Positions 13,694-26,000 are shown, counted from the stretch's first letter. The stretch: 59,025 nt of DNA from Paraspadella gotoi (GCA_051294375.1 CM119267.1:8339403-8398427); one strand, 5' to 3'. The notes: generated by a model not told the origin, from the letters alone. Made by a program: numbers and translations.

Positions 13694-14909
13694 ATATTCA
13701 CATTTTAAGAAGCAAATTTTAACCTTGGGCCCCTTACTTGGCCTCAGTGGCATGTCTTGCTGTTCTATCATTAATCTGGATTCAAAACCCTCTGGCGCTT
13801 TCGGTTCTCCTGTTTTCTCTCTCTTCTCTCTCTCATCTCTCTCGTCTCTCTCTCTGCTCTTCTCTCTCTCTCGTCTGCTCGTTCATTAATTAGTCAAAAC
13901 CGAGGGTCTTTCAACCTGTTCGTGGCTCGCCTTTAAGCGCCAAACATCGCGTCAGCCTCTACTTCAGTTTCCATTGAGTTTCCACGCCACTCGAAAGAAG
14001 TCTCCAAGAACCGTCGTGGAGTCTCTCGAAAACTTCTCCAGCGTCTTGAAATATTGACGCGTCCGTGACCAGTGGAATAAAAACCAATCATGATACTGAA
14101 TTTATATAATAAATTTTGTAAAACAGATGAATTAACGAATATAATTATAATAACTAATGTAAAGAATTTTGGGGTTGCATCTGTATATTTGCCAGGTCAC
14201 CGGTCGAGAAAAACTTTAAACTTTGAGCTGCTCCTTTACGGCTTTGAAATCACAAGTCGCTAACATCTTACTTTAAATATTTCTCATTTTCAAGTTTTGG
14301 TCATCTTTTTGGTGGTAAAAACTATTAAATTATTACACTATTAAGTAATTTTACAACATAACATTCTTTGACTATTTTTGCGTTGTCCTTCAACGCGTGG
14401 GAGCGAGTCACTGGTCCGTGCAGTCTCCATCTCGCCAACATAAGCCATTTCTCTCGTTCCCATGAGAACCCGCGATGGAATGGCATCGCGATCGGGTGCC
14501 GCGGTGGGAGTCTCTATTTAATCCGGATGCTAATGATGAGGTAAGTTAAGGTAGGGACGGATCGAAGTTCGGAGTCAACGAGACTTTCGACTTTCGACTT
14601 TCGTTTCGTGGCGGAACGAAAAAGATACTTCTTTGGGCAAACTTCTGGCTGGTGAATTATTAGAATGGTCGGTCGGTCGCTTTATTAATACCCTTATTCA
14701 TTCCCTTATTCATTCATTCATTTATTCATTCATTCATTTATTCATCCTTGCACTTTTATTCTCTCCTCTAATTTACGTATTTTAAAATTTTTCACACGTT
14801 TTACTTTTTCGGTTCAAGCAGATTATTTTTCGTTTTTTTTTCTTTTTAGCAAGCGACACATAATTTTTTTTTCTGTTTGTCCTCGCATACTCACTCTCAC
14901 CCACGTGTG

Positions 14910-14965
<56 letters not shown>

Positions 14966-15576
14966 ACACACATTTAAACACATTGGGGCAGTCGCTAGTC
15001 CGTCCTCTTTCTTTTTTTCCCACTAAATATTTTTTTCCTCTTTCCAAGAAAGTTTATTTTTCTTTGCGATTTTTTTCACGCAAATCCGTCAGGTTTCTTC
15101 GGAAAATAAACCTCGCTCGAAATTCTCTATATATTCATTTTTATATATATATTTTTTTATTGACGATTGACGACATGATCGTCGGTTGGAATTTGAGAAT
15201 TAAAGAAGTTTCGTCTCCCTCTCTGAATTTTTTTCCCGGGGGAGGATATATAATATTGTAATTGTAATTCTAATCCGTGCTTCGGAGCGATCGGCCACCT
15301 AAGGTGTCGAAACTTGGATATTGGAAGTCTCCCTTTTGGCGAACCTCCAACGGGAATACTTCGAAACAGAGTCGCTCAAGATAATTCCAAAACGTTTACA
15401 GAATTATCTTTAATTATATTGTATTATTACAAGAAACAAAAAATAGAGAAATTAAAACAATAATAACAAAAATTCTTGATTTTAAAAATCTAATCCCTTT
15501 CTACCCAACGAGTTCGATTTTTCCCCCCCCCCGTTTCCCTCAGACTTCTCGGCCATCGCCGGTTCCTCTCCAGTTC

Positions 15577-15659
15577 TTTTTTAAGCTCCCCCTTAAGAAG
15601 GCATTCCGACAGATATAGATTTTTTGAGCTCCCCTTAAGAAGGCATTCCGAGAGATATA
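15577..15659 (+). repeat. Two-unit ~43-bp tandem repeat (also at about 10576-10660)
   Basis: AGCTCCCC(C)TTAAGAAGGCATTCCGA(C/G)AGATATA occurs twice head to tail, and does so in both copies of the 4.9-kb unit. Confidence 0.8.
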
Positions 15660-18485
15660 AGACGGATAATGTGTCTTTGTCGGCGCCGTGGAAAACCCGG
15701 ACTCATCGCTCGAGGTTAACGAGGATTTTTCCCCCCGACGAGCTTAACGTTTATCTCTTCTTAACTTTCTTGTTATTATTGTTATACACTACTACGATAA
15801 AATTCCTTGGCAAGGGCTTTTTTTTTTTTGGATCGGGTAACTGTTAAGGTCACATTCTTTTGAGCTTTTTATTTAATTTTGAGCGGACAGATACTGCGTT
15901 CAGATTCGTTGTTGATAACACGATTGGCAGATATGGAGCTGCTAAAGTATGATATCACACTGCTCGGAAATTATATGCTTCAGGTCACGTTTTAACTTTG
16001 ACCGATAAAGATAAACTACTCACAAATGTTTACTCATACATTGCATGCCCTGAGGGGGTTTTAAATTTTTTTTTACGTATATAATTCCTTTTAAGTAAAA
16101 TATCTTTCTCGTTATTTGTAAATAGACACCTCGAGACTTATTTCTTTCTTAGCGAGTCACACACTCACGTATATACGCGATCGTATCCAAGTCTCACTCG
16201 GCAAACACGATGCGATATGTGAAAAAAAACAGGAAATTAAAATTCGTGTGCAATGTCCTGATTTCCATATACGGATTTTTAATCACTTGTTTCAGAAATT
16301 TTAGGAGAAAAGTGCATTTAAATGTATGACGAGCCACCATAAACAATTCATTAGACTTCTGGCAAACGGCATTTCTGTTTGCAGTTGTGATTCAAGTTGT
16401 GATTCAAACTTTCGCGCGAATCTCAGTTCGAAGCGAAGTGAAAGAAGTCGAAGTTTAATCCTTTCCAATCGTCACGCCCACCGCATTTCACCGCATTAAC
16501 TTATCAATAAAATAAAGGGACCTTTTAATCCAATTGTAAACCTTGCCTCTCTGGTTTCGAGAGTTTCTGGACTTAAATCCCTTGCTTTATTTTAATCCTC
16601 GCTTTTATCAAAGACATCTACCTTTATTATATCATAATAACTATGATTATAATAATAATAACAGCAGTAAGTAAAAGGAAAAAGAAACGATTCGAGTATT
16701 TTTTTCTTATCCCTCCTATCTTTTTTATTGTATCTGATCTAGTATGCATATTGCATAGTTTAGATATTTCTGTTCTTAGATTCATTAACTTTAATAATTT
16801 TTTTTTAAATTATATTTGCTTTTACAAACCTTAACAAACCTTAAACTGCGAAGAGTCAGAATATTTCAAAAATAGAACAATAACAACAGTTTTAAACGGC
16901 GACATTTTAGCGACCTCGAACTATCACAAACTGGTCCTTTCAGCCAATAGCGCCACCCAAGCAGACGCCACCTACTAGTTACATCGCCCCAAGTGAGTGC
17001 AATCGCCTCTCTTTTTGGCCACCCTGACAGCCTCCTTCTCCCGACCTTTCATGCCTCTCTATTTCTCGCCCCAATTCGACTCGAGTTTCTATAATTTAGT
17101 GCCTCTTTTTTTCTGTTTATCTTCAAGGTCTCAATAATTTTTCTCTCTTTAATAACAAATAACGAAAGGAAAACTCGGCGTAAAGAGCCTCGTAATTCTT
17201 CGAATTTCAACTCGTAATAAAATCATCGACGCGACTTCGAAAGATTCTTCCACAACAGCGCCTCACCCGATCGAAGATATTTGGCGAAGCGGAAGTAAGG
17301 AGGTCGTTAAAAAAAAGAAGAATGGTAAGGGTTTGGTGGGAGGGGTGGGTGGTGGTGACCGAGAGGTGAGTTGTATGGGTAGTTTAAAAACGGACAGAGC
17401 CACGGTACTTTTCATACAATTGAATCGTTATTTGAAATACACCAGTTCATTGTTAGGGAAGTACTCTGGGAGTGAATAAACGAGACTGAGTCTTGATTGA
17501 AAACTTGGAGGGACCTGCTATGTTATTATCTTGTAAGAGTGACAGAGGATTAAACCTTAAACCTCCAAAGCCTGTCCAAAGTCGGGGGCAAGATAGTTTG
17601 TTTTTTTTATTAAATGAATGGATAATTTTTATATTGGTCGTACCAATTTGATAGAAATATGCCCATTGTGGTTCCCAAATAAGGTGGCGACGAAGAGGGG
17701 TGCATGTACAAACGTCAGAACCCCCCAAAAAAAGGGTGGCGGAAGAAAATATAAAAGAGTTTTTAAGTGTTCGCAGCCTCGTTCTGGGAGTCGGCGGCGG
17801 GGCGGCCCTCCGGCGAACTTGAACGGCGACGAGGGAAACATTAAAAGTCAATTTAGACGAGAAAATCGATCGCATCTCAACTCGAAATGTTTGTAACTCG
17901 TGTAAATGGAGGGACGGACCGACGGAGACTTTGAAGAGGACGGAACGGGAGGAAGGCTTTGAGATAGGCTGGTCTCGGGTTCGAGGCTGGGTCTTCGAGA
18001 AATTTTAATTACTTCAGGAAACGATCGGGATTGAAGAAAGAGAACAAAATGAGTTTTTCTTAAAAGATTATAAAAGGTTCGATTGGATGACGTTAAATTG
18101 GAATGGAGATCCTGGGGAAGTTTGAATTTCCGATCGGACAACGAAAACTCCAACGACGACCTAATTCGACTAGAGTGTAATAGAAAATCGAGACTCCACG
18201 GAAAAAACTCGAGGAGACACGAAAACAAATGAAATGAAAATCTTCCTTATCAACCATTTCATCTTCTTCGACTCTGACCCGATTAACCTCGTTTGTTTTC
18301 TTCGTTCTCCATCTACGTTACGGGTCACTTTTTTGTCTTTTGGTTTTGACCTAAATTAATAAATGTCTGGCGATTTGGGTGATATAGCGACCTTTGTTCA
18401 CGCAGCAAGCATTCGCCACTCGCGTCGTGTTCACAAGCAATTAATCTCAGGGAAAGAAGTTTCTCTCTCTCTCTCTCTCTCGTCG

Positions 18486-18516
<31 letters not shown>

Positions 18517-19070
18517 CTCTCTCTCAAACAAGACGAGTTCAATCCAAAATCGCGCACGTGAGGATTTTTTTTTAATCCCAATTAATCCTAATTTGTCCTA
18601 ATCCTATTTTACCGACCGACCTAGTATTTACAGTCCGTCTTACTCGATTTATGTCATTCGTTCAATTTCAATTTCAATTTCTGTTAAATGCTCGTCAACA
18701 AACTTATTCCTTTTTATTTTGGCATTGTTCATTACCTGAACTGAAACATCATCAATTAACGAGTCAACGAAGGATGAAAAAAAAATAAAATCTCAGGTCA
18801 TTGAACCCAAAATCCTTTTTTCCTAAAAGAAGGTAAGCAACAATAATCGTTTACTTATCCCTATTTACATATTCCTTTCCCTGCATTTATTCCAAGGTTC
18901 CGAACTCCTAAAAGGCTTCAATCGCTGACCACTTTAGAACCACTTTGACCGCTTTAATTCTCCTTCTCTTTACCTTCTTTGTTTTCTCTCTCTTCCTTCA
19001 TCCGTTTCTTGTTCGACCAGATTTTTTTTTTCAATCGTTCTTCTCTTCATCCTTCACCTACTCCTACTTC

Positions 19071-19122
19071 CCCTCCTCCTCCTCCTCCTCCTCCTCCTCC
19101 TCCCCCTCCTCCTCCTCCTTCC
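19071..19122. repeat. (CCT)n microsatellite
   Basis: Direct reading; one interruption. Confidence 0.95.
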
Positions 19123-20470
19123 TCCAACCGCCCACTCGTAACAAACAGGATTAACTGTCCGCAAATGAGGGGCGGCCGACGCCGGGTCAAGACTCGCGGC
19201 TGCATTGGAGCCTCGTTGGGCGGGCGGGCGACACCGAAGCAAGGGCGGGGCGGTAGGGGGAGGGGACGACCCAGATAAAGGGTCACGGAAAACCGAGATC
19301 CGCATCGAGACTGGATAACGAGGAATATGACGGATCGATCCGAGTCGATGATCCCAAAACTCTGAACGCAGTCGTTGTTCGGATCATCAAACCGATTCGC
19401 GTTTGACAAAAGGAGAAAGAAAAAAAAAACGCCTCGCGATTCCTGACTCACGAGATTTGGAGAATTTTGAAACATTTAAATTCGAACTTAAGGTCCGAAA
19501 GTCGCGGTATTAAAAAACAAATGACTCACGCGAGACGAAACGACCGATTCACTACCGAAAAGAAAGTCGTGATAAGAGGTACAAAAAAGTAGGACAGGAC
19601 TCTCCACCGAGGAGGCGGAATAAAAAAAATATTCGGGATCATTGACTTACTTGGATTTTTTTTTAAAAAGGTTGTGGGCGCCATTGGTAAGTTTATTTTA
19701 CTTGTGAAAATCAAAAGAACTGGTGATTCGTGACTGTTGGGCAGATTTTAACCAAACGGATCACAAAGACGAAGAGAGAGAGAGAGAGAAATAGAAATAG
19801 AAATGATTACACTTGACCCTGGGACAGTATCGAGTACGTTCTTTTTGTCTAATAATGCTGAAGGGCCAATACTAAAACACAGATCTTCTATAGTATACAA
19901 GTATTAGGCAGGACTGTGTCCCTGTTTCTAAAGAGAGAGTAAGAGAGAGTGAGAGAGAAAGAGAGGAGAGAGAGAAGAGAGAGAGAGAGAGAGAGTCCTT
20001 AATGAGATGTTATCCTTCTCAGCGGCACCGTCAATTATATCAATTACATCTAATACTTCGGCGACGGCGATGACCACGACGATAAAGAGGAAGAAAAAAA
20101 AACGACAAAAGAAACGAAGATAAAGAGGACGCTACGCTACGGTACGGTACGCTGCGCATCGCCAACCTACAGTAAGCTCCGTCACAGAGAGAAACGAATC
20201 ATTCCGTCGCGTCTTTGGTTTCTATGACGACGTCGACCGCGATCAATGAGGGAATCGTATGGCAATCGTGGCCACACCTTTTTTTCCTACACGAATCTAA
20301 AAAAAAAAAAAAAAAAACTGAATGGGAAAAGTCTTTTACCCCTTGAAGCGTGTTACACAGTACGCCGTACACGCGGCCCCAGTTATTTCCGACGTTCTCG
20401 GACCGTGACTGCCTAATTCGTGCCGCGCCGAACAAAGGGGGATTTGTGTCCCCGAAAGAAGAGAGAGAGA

Positions 20471-20510
<40 letters not shown>

Positions 20511-20697
20511 TGATTTATGATTCATAATTCTATTATTGATGATGGAAGAATATTTTTTTTAAGAGACGGCAAAGGAGTGGAACCTCCTTGTCACGCCAGG
20601 CGGCCCAGCACCCATACCTAACTTGAATGCAGGAAACGAAGAATAAACACAATTTTTTTGAGGCTTATAATTAAATCGCGAGATGAACAATTGAAAC

Positions 20698-20779
20698 AAT
20701 GAATGAATGACTAAATGAATGAATGAATGAATGAATGAATGAATGAATGAATGAATGAATGAATGAATGAATGAATGAA
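20698..20779. repeat. (GAAT)n microsatellite
   Basis: Direct reading. Confidence 0.95.
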
Positions 20780-22307
20780 AGAGTGAAAGAACTGAGGAGA
20801 AAGTAAGAGAAAATTAAAGAAAAAAATACAAAAAAGAAGCCAAAGACTTTGGCAAAGAAAAAAAGTTTACGAAACAATGAAGATTTGAATCAGACGCGAA
20901 TCGAAGTTTGAGACCGAAAGAAAGATCGACTTTTCTCAAACTTTAACAGATAATGTCTGACTTGAACAAACAAATCAGTGACTAACGAAAACATTTCATT
21001 TTAAGCGAATGGACATCCGGAATATATCCGACATTTCGATTAAATGTAAACGCGAAAGATTGGATCCGGATCTCTGTCAAAGTCACCAGTGGCCAAATGA
21101 ATGATATCGCATACGAGTTTCTCATTGTAGCTTTTATCGGTACAAAAAACCCGCGGCGCAATTAATGCGATGACTCACTCTCTCTCACTCTCGCGGATTC
21201 AAATTCAAGCTGATTTGCAATCGTTGCTTTGCGCTTTATTCCCGAACAGAGGCAAAATCAACAGCTGATTTTAATTTCAAATTGTATAAAATTAATGTCG
21301 AACAATATTGTAATTTACTCCTATCAGCGCCCACAAAAACAATTTTTCCCTGTACACTGATTCAAGTCTCAAGTCACAAAAAATCGTGATAAAGGGTCCA
21401 TCGTCACTTGTGACTCGTGAGTCATTCACGACGGAGCCGGTGATCTGAGATCCTCTTCAAAAAAATAAGTAGCACAACTTGACTTGAGAAAGCTTTTTTA
21501 ATTTTTGGAAGCAACTTTTGCCCTTTTTATATTTTTCCTAACTGGTGGGAGGTCGAAAAATACGGAGCTGTCGGTGGCTTTTATATGCTTTTTTTTAATT
21601 AGATTTTGGTTTTAAACTATTGTTTATAAAATTGATTAAAAATAAACCTAATTATTTGACTAAAGAAATTATTTACTTCAGTTGAAAAAAGAATTATCAT
21701 TAAATGTCTCTGATTATGCAAAGAGGGCAGAGAAAAAGAAAGAGAACCACCTACTTTTACGTCCTCATTTACTTGTGGGAAAAAATATTATTACAACTAA
21801 ATTATCCATTTTTCCGGGTGGCAACCAGAGCATCAAGCTGGGCGAGAAAAAGTGAGCCCGACAAAGTGAGTGAACGTCAGGTGACGTGTTAAGTTATCGC
21901 AACCGATTTTTCGCTATTGCATCTGGATTCTTGAATTTTTTGTAAAGGTTGGCGAAGCTAATTATGTACAACAGTATTACAAAAGTCAGTAAATCTACTT
22001 TATAAATAAAACGCGAGATTTTAAAATGAAAAAAAAAACGACCACATGAACAATTCGTTCGTTATTGACGGTTAGCGCCAAAAGGGCGGAGTCAATAAAC
22101 AGTCCAACAAAAATTAAGGACTCGAACGTCGACGACGACGACGACGACGACGAAAAAGCTTTGATTCAGACGAGTTTATACTGGGGTCCCTTAGTCAGTC
22201 AGTCCCCTCGGCCGAAAAGAGACCAAATGCGCAGCTTTTTATGTCTTTTTTTTCCACTTCCTTACGAGGTTTGAAGCGAAACCGCGAAAAATATGGAAGA
22301 AAGAGAG

Positions 22308-22394
<87 letters not shown>

Positions 22395-22804
22395 CACCTA
22401 GACGTTTTTCTCGGTTCGATTGTGTCCGACGGAATTGTCGAGCGCCGGCGAATCCCTCCAAGGACCAAGGGCGCTGCCCCTTAAGTCACCGGCGGAACAG
22501 ACTTTGGGAGATAAGAGGAAGACGATGATAACCCGAAAAAAGGGACCACCGAGTCTGGGAAGCGGTTGAGTGGTCGTGTGGTCGTGTGGTCGGCCAAAGG
22601 CGAAACCAATTTGTGGTCGCGTAACTATTATCGATTTTTTTTGGTTTTAATCCGCTTTATTTTAATATACNNNNNNNNNNTCCGCTTTATTTTAATTTAC
22701 TTACTATTTACAATTTGCATGTACTTAGACGTTTGTGGTTTCGGGCGGCATTTTTCATCTCCGATTAACTTAACCCCTAAACCTTTCTCACCCATGGAAC
22801 TCAC

Positions 22805-22910
22805 CTCTTCCGGTTCCGGGAGAATCTTCAGCAAACTCCTCAACTTCTCGGCGCCGATTTCCTCGGAATCTCCGTCGACGAGCCGCTGGATGAGGACGTC
22901 GTGATGGGTG
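22805..22910 (-). CDS. FHDC1-like (form3): 106-nt internal exon of the same formin FH2 domain: (S)THHDVLIQRLVDGDSEEIGAEKLRSLLKILPEPEE
   Basis: Minus strand reads cccctccccgatcgcag|CACCCAT...GGAAGAG|gtgagt. Its first base completes the AG left by the 62-nt exon to give AGC (Ser), and it ends in phase 0. IGAEKLRxLLKILPE is the segment that follows FLKQFR in form3/FHDC1-type formins. Confidence 0.92.
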
Positions 22911-22952
22911 CTGCGATCGGGGAGGGGAAGAGTGGGTTATTTTTGGAGAGAT

Positions 22953-23013
<61 letters not shown>

Positions 23014-23321
23014 TAAGAATGAATAAAGAATGAAAATAAATGAATTAAACAACGAAAGAAAAGAAATCATTTTTTCATACATAAGCTCTTTGTCAAACAA
23101 ACATCTTTCTTCAGTATTTTTCCGCGATTCTAAAATGTCCAGGGTCTTAAGCTCTCAGTTTCTGGCGGCAGTCCTGTCAAAGCCTTCTCAACCGAATGCC
23201 CCTGGCAGAGCGGCAAAGCGACGGAACAGGTTTGGTTCAAAAAGTAAAAAAACTCGGGTTCGTTGTCGTTGTTGGGGGAGACTCGCGACGCGAAATAATT
23301 TAAAGCAGTCATAATGACAGA

Positions 23322-23376
<55 letters not shown>

Positions 23377-24823
23377 GCTTTCAGACACACTTTTCCTGCT
23401 TCCGCGATGAGTTTTGAGTCCAAAGTGGGAAAAAAAATTGAAGAATGCTGTGGACTGATGAGGTGACTGACTAGTATTTACTCTAAGCTAACTTTAAAAT
23501 CGATTGGCTCGAATTTCTATTATAAAATAGAAACAAACATCAGTCCACCAAAAAGTTTTTTTTTCGCGTAGTTAATAATGAAACAATCAGAATAGCTAAA
23601 CAGAAAAATGATTTTTACAACACCACCCTTTGCACTGAGGTCAGCTGTTGCGACGGCTCGAAAGCAGCCTTGCATTTTTGGGTTACAAGTTATCGACTCA
23701 AACAAATACCTTTCAACCACTATATGGCCCTCTTATAACCAAAAAGGTGCCGACGGAGGGCGTTAGCTTCGTAGCGTCATTTTGTAACTTTTGACGCAGA
23801 AAAACGAAACCAAAACTAGTGTGTGCGCTGAGAAATGTGAATCGATTTCAAAGATACAAAATATACTGTTAGTAAATAAATTAAATGAAATTATGAATTA
23901 AAATAATATTTTTGTTTGAAAATGGTTTTTTTTAATAATAAAATATTTTATCCAAAGTTTTTTATTAAAATTTTATTAACAAAAATTTTTAAATTCCATA
24001 TTACAAAATATAATTAAATTTTAATGATAAAAATTTTATAATATTTTCTGCCCCCCAAAAATTTATAAGAAAATGAAGTGAATCGCTGGAAGCAAATCGA
24101 TGGAGAAAAATTGAAGTTTGAGAAGCAAGAAATGCATTTGCATGTATCGCTCTCGTTTTACTAGATACACAATTTGGAATAACACAAAATAATTAATAAA
24201 AAATGAACAGTATTTTATTCTTATTTTATTTTTACATGTTAATTTTTTTTTCTGATTGAGTTAAACAGCAAAATCGTGACAGAGTTGCATTCAAAATCTG
24301 AATGGACGCATCAACAACAAAAAAGCCAGGTTCACGAAAAGAAAGCAGAAACCGCAAAGGAAAGTTTGAAGGAAAAAAGAAAAAAAAGATAGAAAGATAG
24401 GTAAGAAAGAAGAAAGGAAACGGAACCCGGAAAATAGAAAAAAAAGAGAGACGAGGGGGCAGAAAATAGTCAAAAAAGAAAAAAGTGGGAAAGAGGGTAA
24501 AGGAGAGAGAAAAAAGTTTGAGGGGAGAATGAACGAGGAAATTTTGAGGAAGTAAGTAAACTTTGTTGGAATTAAAGAAGATTTTCATACAAAGGATTTC
24601 CGAGGAAAAATGGCGAGGGGGGGGGGAAGTGAAGATGGGGTTTTGCATTACATTTTTATTATATTCTATATTTACCAAAGAAAAAGAATTACTCGAATTA
24701 CACATAAAATTATTAAATATAATTCCTTTTTTTTTTAAATATATCCGGCGAAAGATAATAAAATCGTTATCTTAGCGCGTCAATGATTAATGATCTGTTT
24801 CGTCTCAAGATAAGAATGGATAC

Positions 24824-25077
24824 TGTGGCAGCAGCAAGACTTAAAGCTGCCTCACTGCTGTCCGTCCTCAGCCTCGTCCAATGGCTGAGCAGGCTAAATC
24901 ATCTCATTCCATCCGTGCGTCCAGGTTCAATCCCTGGTATCCCGGTTCTGGCTTAAATGTGACGGTGCCGGTATAAACATGCCAGTGACAGGAGGCGGTC
25001 ACTGAGGGTCCGCAGCCCCTACGCCAGTTGGTGAGATACCCCGCGCCCGGTTCACAGGCTATTCCCCCGTTGCCATA
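24824..25077 (+). mobile_element. 254-bp non-coding element with a tRNA-derived internal promoter; probable solo LTR of a Helenus-like non-autonomous LTR retroelement
   Basis: Starts TGTGGCAGC and ends GTTGCCATA (7/9 inverted match). Flanked by ATAC at 24820-24823 and 25078-25081. Contains an A-box, a T-arm/B-box and TATAAA (24972-24977). A related copy at 13421-13693 has the same ends in unrelated flanks. Confidence 0.72.
24882..24937 (+). promoter_or_regulatory. tRNA-type RNA polymerase III internal promoter (A-box and B-box) inside the element
   Basis: A-box-like TGGCTGAGCAGG at 24882-24893. Perfect T-arm CCAGG-TTCAATC-CCTGG at 24921-24937, containing the B-box GGTTCAATCC. No convincing acceptor or anticodon stem, so not an intact tRNA. 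Confidence 0.75.
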
Positions 25078-25550
25078 ATACTCTTAATTAGATTTAACTG
25101 GTTCTCCAACGATGTAATCAAATCTATGTGGTGCTTTTGAAAACCAGTTGGGGCCAATTGTATAAGGAGCACATCCTGGGCTTGCCCCACTTGGGATGAG
25201 GGGCGAGGCCTCTCAGCATCTGGCTGAATGAGCTTTGGAACATGTGAGCCTTTCATGAATAAGTCAATGCGCTATGAACATTGAACAAAGCATAATATAG
25301 TTTTGTTTTTTTTTTCCATTCGTACGATTGAGGACATTTAATCTCAAACTCGCAACATTTACTGTTTACTTGAGGCTCTTGAAGCTAAGTGTCGCTGCCT
25401 TCACAGTCGTCGGTCTTTCTTCAAAGACTTTTCGGGTTTTTTTTGCGTGATTTTGCTACTTTTTTTATCGTCAAGTGTCATAGCCTACGAGTCACACTTT
25501 TAAAATAAGCAAAACGGTTTTTTTTACTTCTTATTTCCTTTTAAATGGAA

Positions 25551-25554
<4 letters not shown>

Positions 25555-25629
<75 letters not shown>
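25555..25629. repeat. Perfect (TC)n microsatellite, representative of dozens of GA/TC tracts in the window
   Basis: Direct reading. Others at about 4346-4427, 22302-22388, 22947-23009, 27497-27549, 27702-27793 and 57981-58065. Confidence 0.95.
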
Positions 25630-25630
<1 letters not shown>

Positions 25631-25868
25631 GATCGCTCCTCTCATAAAAACGATTTTTATTTTGAGGTGTATTTCTTTAATTTTTGCCTTTTCATTTCCT
25701 AAAATATAAAATTTTTAAATTACAGTATTATCAAAAACACCGTTTTACTAAACTGAAAAAAATTATTTTTCCCGCTTGATTTTGCAACAAGTGACCGTCC
25801 CTCTAAAAGACGCACCCTCATGCTGAGACAGGAGAGAGAGAGAGAGAGAAAGAAAAAAAGAAATAAAG

Positions 25869-25870
25869 GA

Positions 25871-25966
<96 letters not shown>

Positions 25967-26000
25967 AAAGAAAAGAAAAGAAAAGAAAAGAAAAGAAAAG
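25869..26000. repeat. Compound (GAAA)n then (GAAAA)n microsatellite
   Basis: Direct reading; the period switches from 4 to 5 near 25965. Confidence 0.95.

Larger units (their letters stand above)
12318..17110 (+). repeat. ~4.9-kb tandem duplication, copy 2
   Basis: Collinear with 7403-12285. Confidence 0.92.

Noticed and set aside
14380-14546. Possible plus-strand exon ending GAG|GTAAGT (nested gene; also about 9310-9475)
   Set aside because: No recognisable peptide, the frames disagree between the two noisy copies, and no partner exon was found.
18979-19278. Poly-proline ORF as the formin FH1 domain
   Set aside because: It is a (CCT)n microsatellite on the opposite strand and downstream of the FH2 exons. 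FH1 must be upstream on the minus strand.
24875-24945. Intact tRNA gene
   Set aside because: Only the A-box and T-arm are present. No acceptor or anticodon stem, and it is embedded in a TSD-flanked repeat.
24964-25047. Canonical twister, hammerhead or HDV ribozyme
   Set aside because: Twister T1 pairing fails (loop CCG/CGG versus GAT). CTGAGGG is not CUGANGA and there is no GAAA. No HDV P1.1 GG follows the candidate P1.
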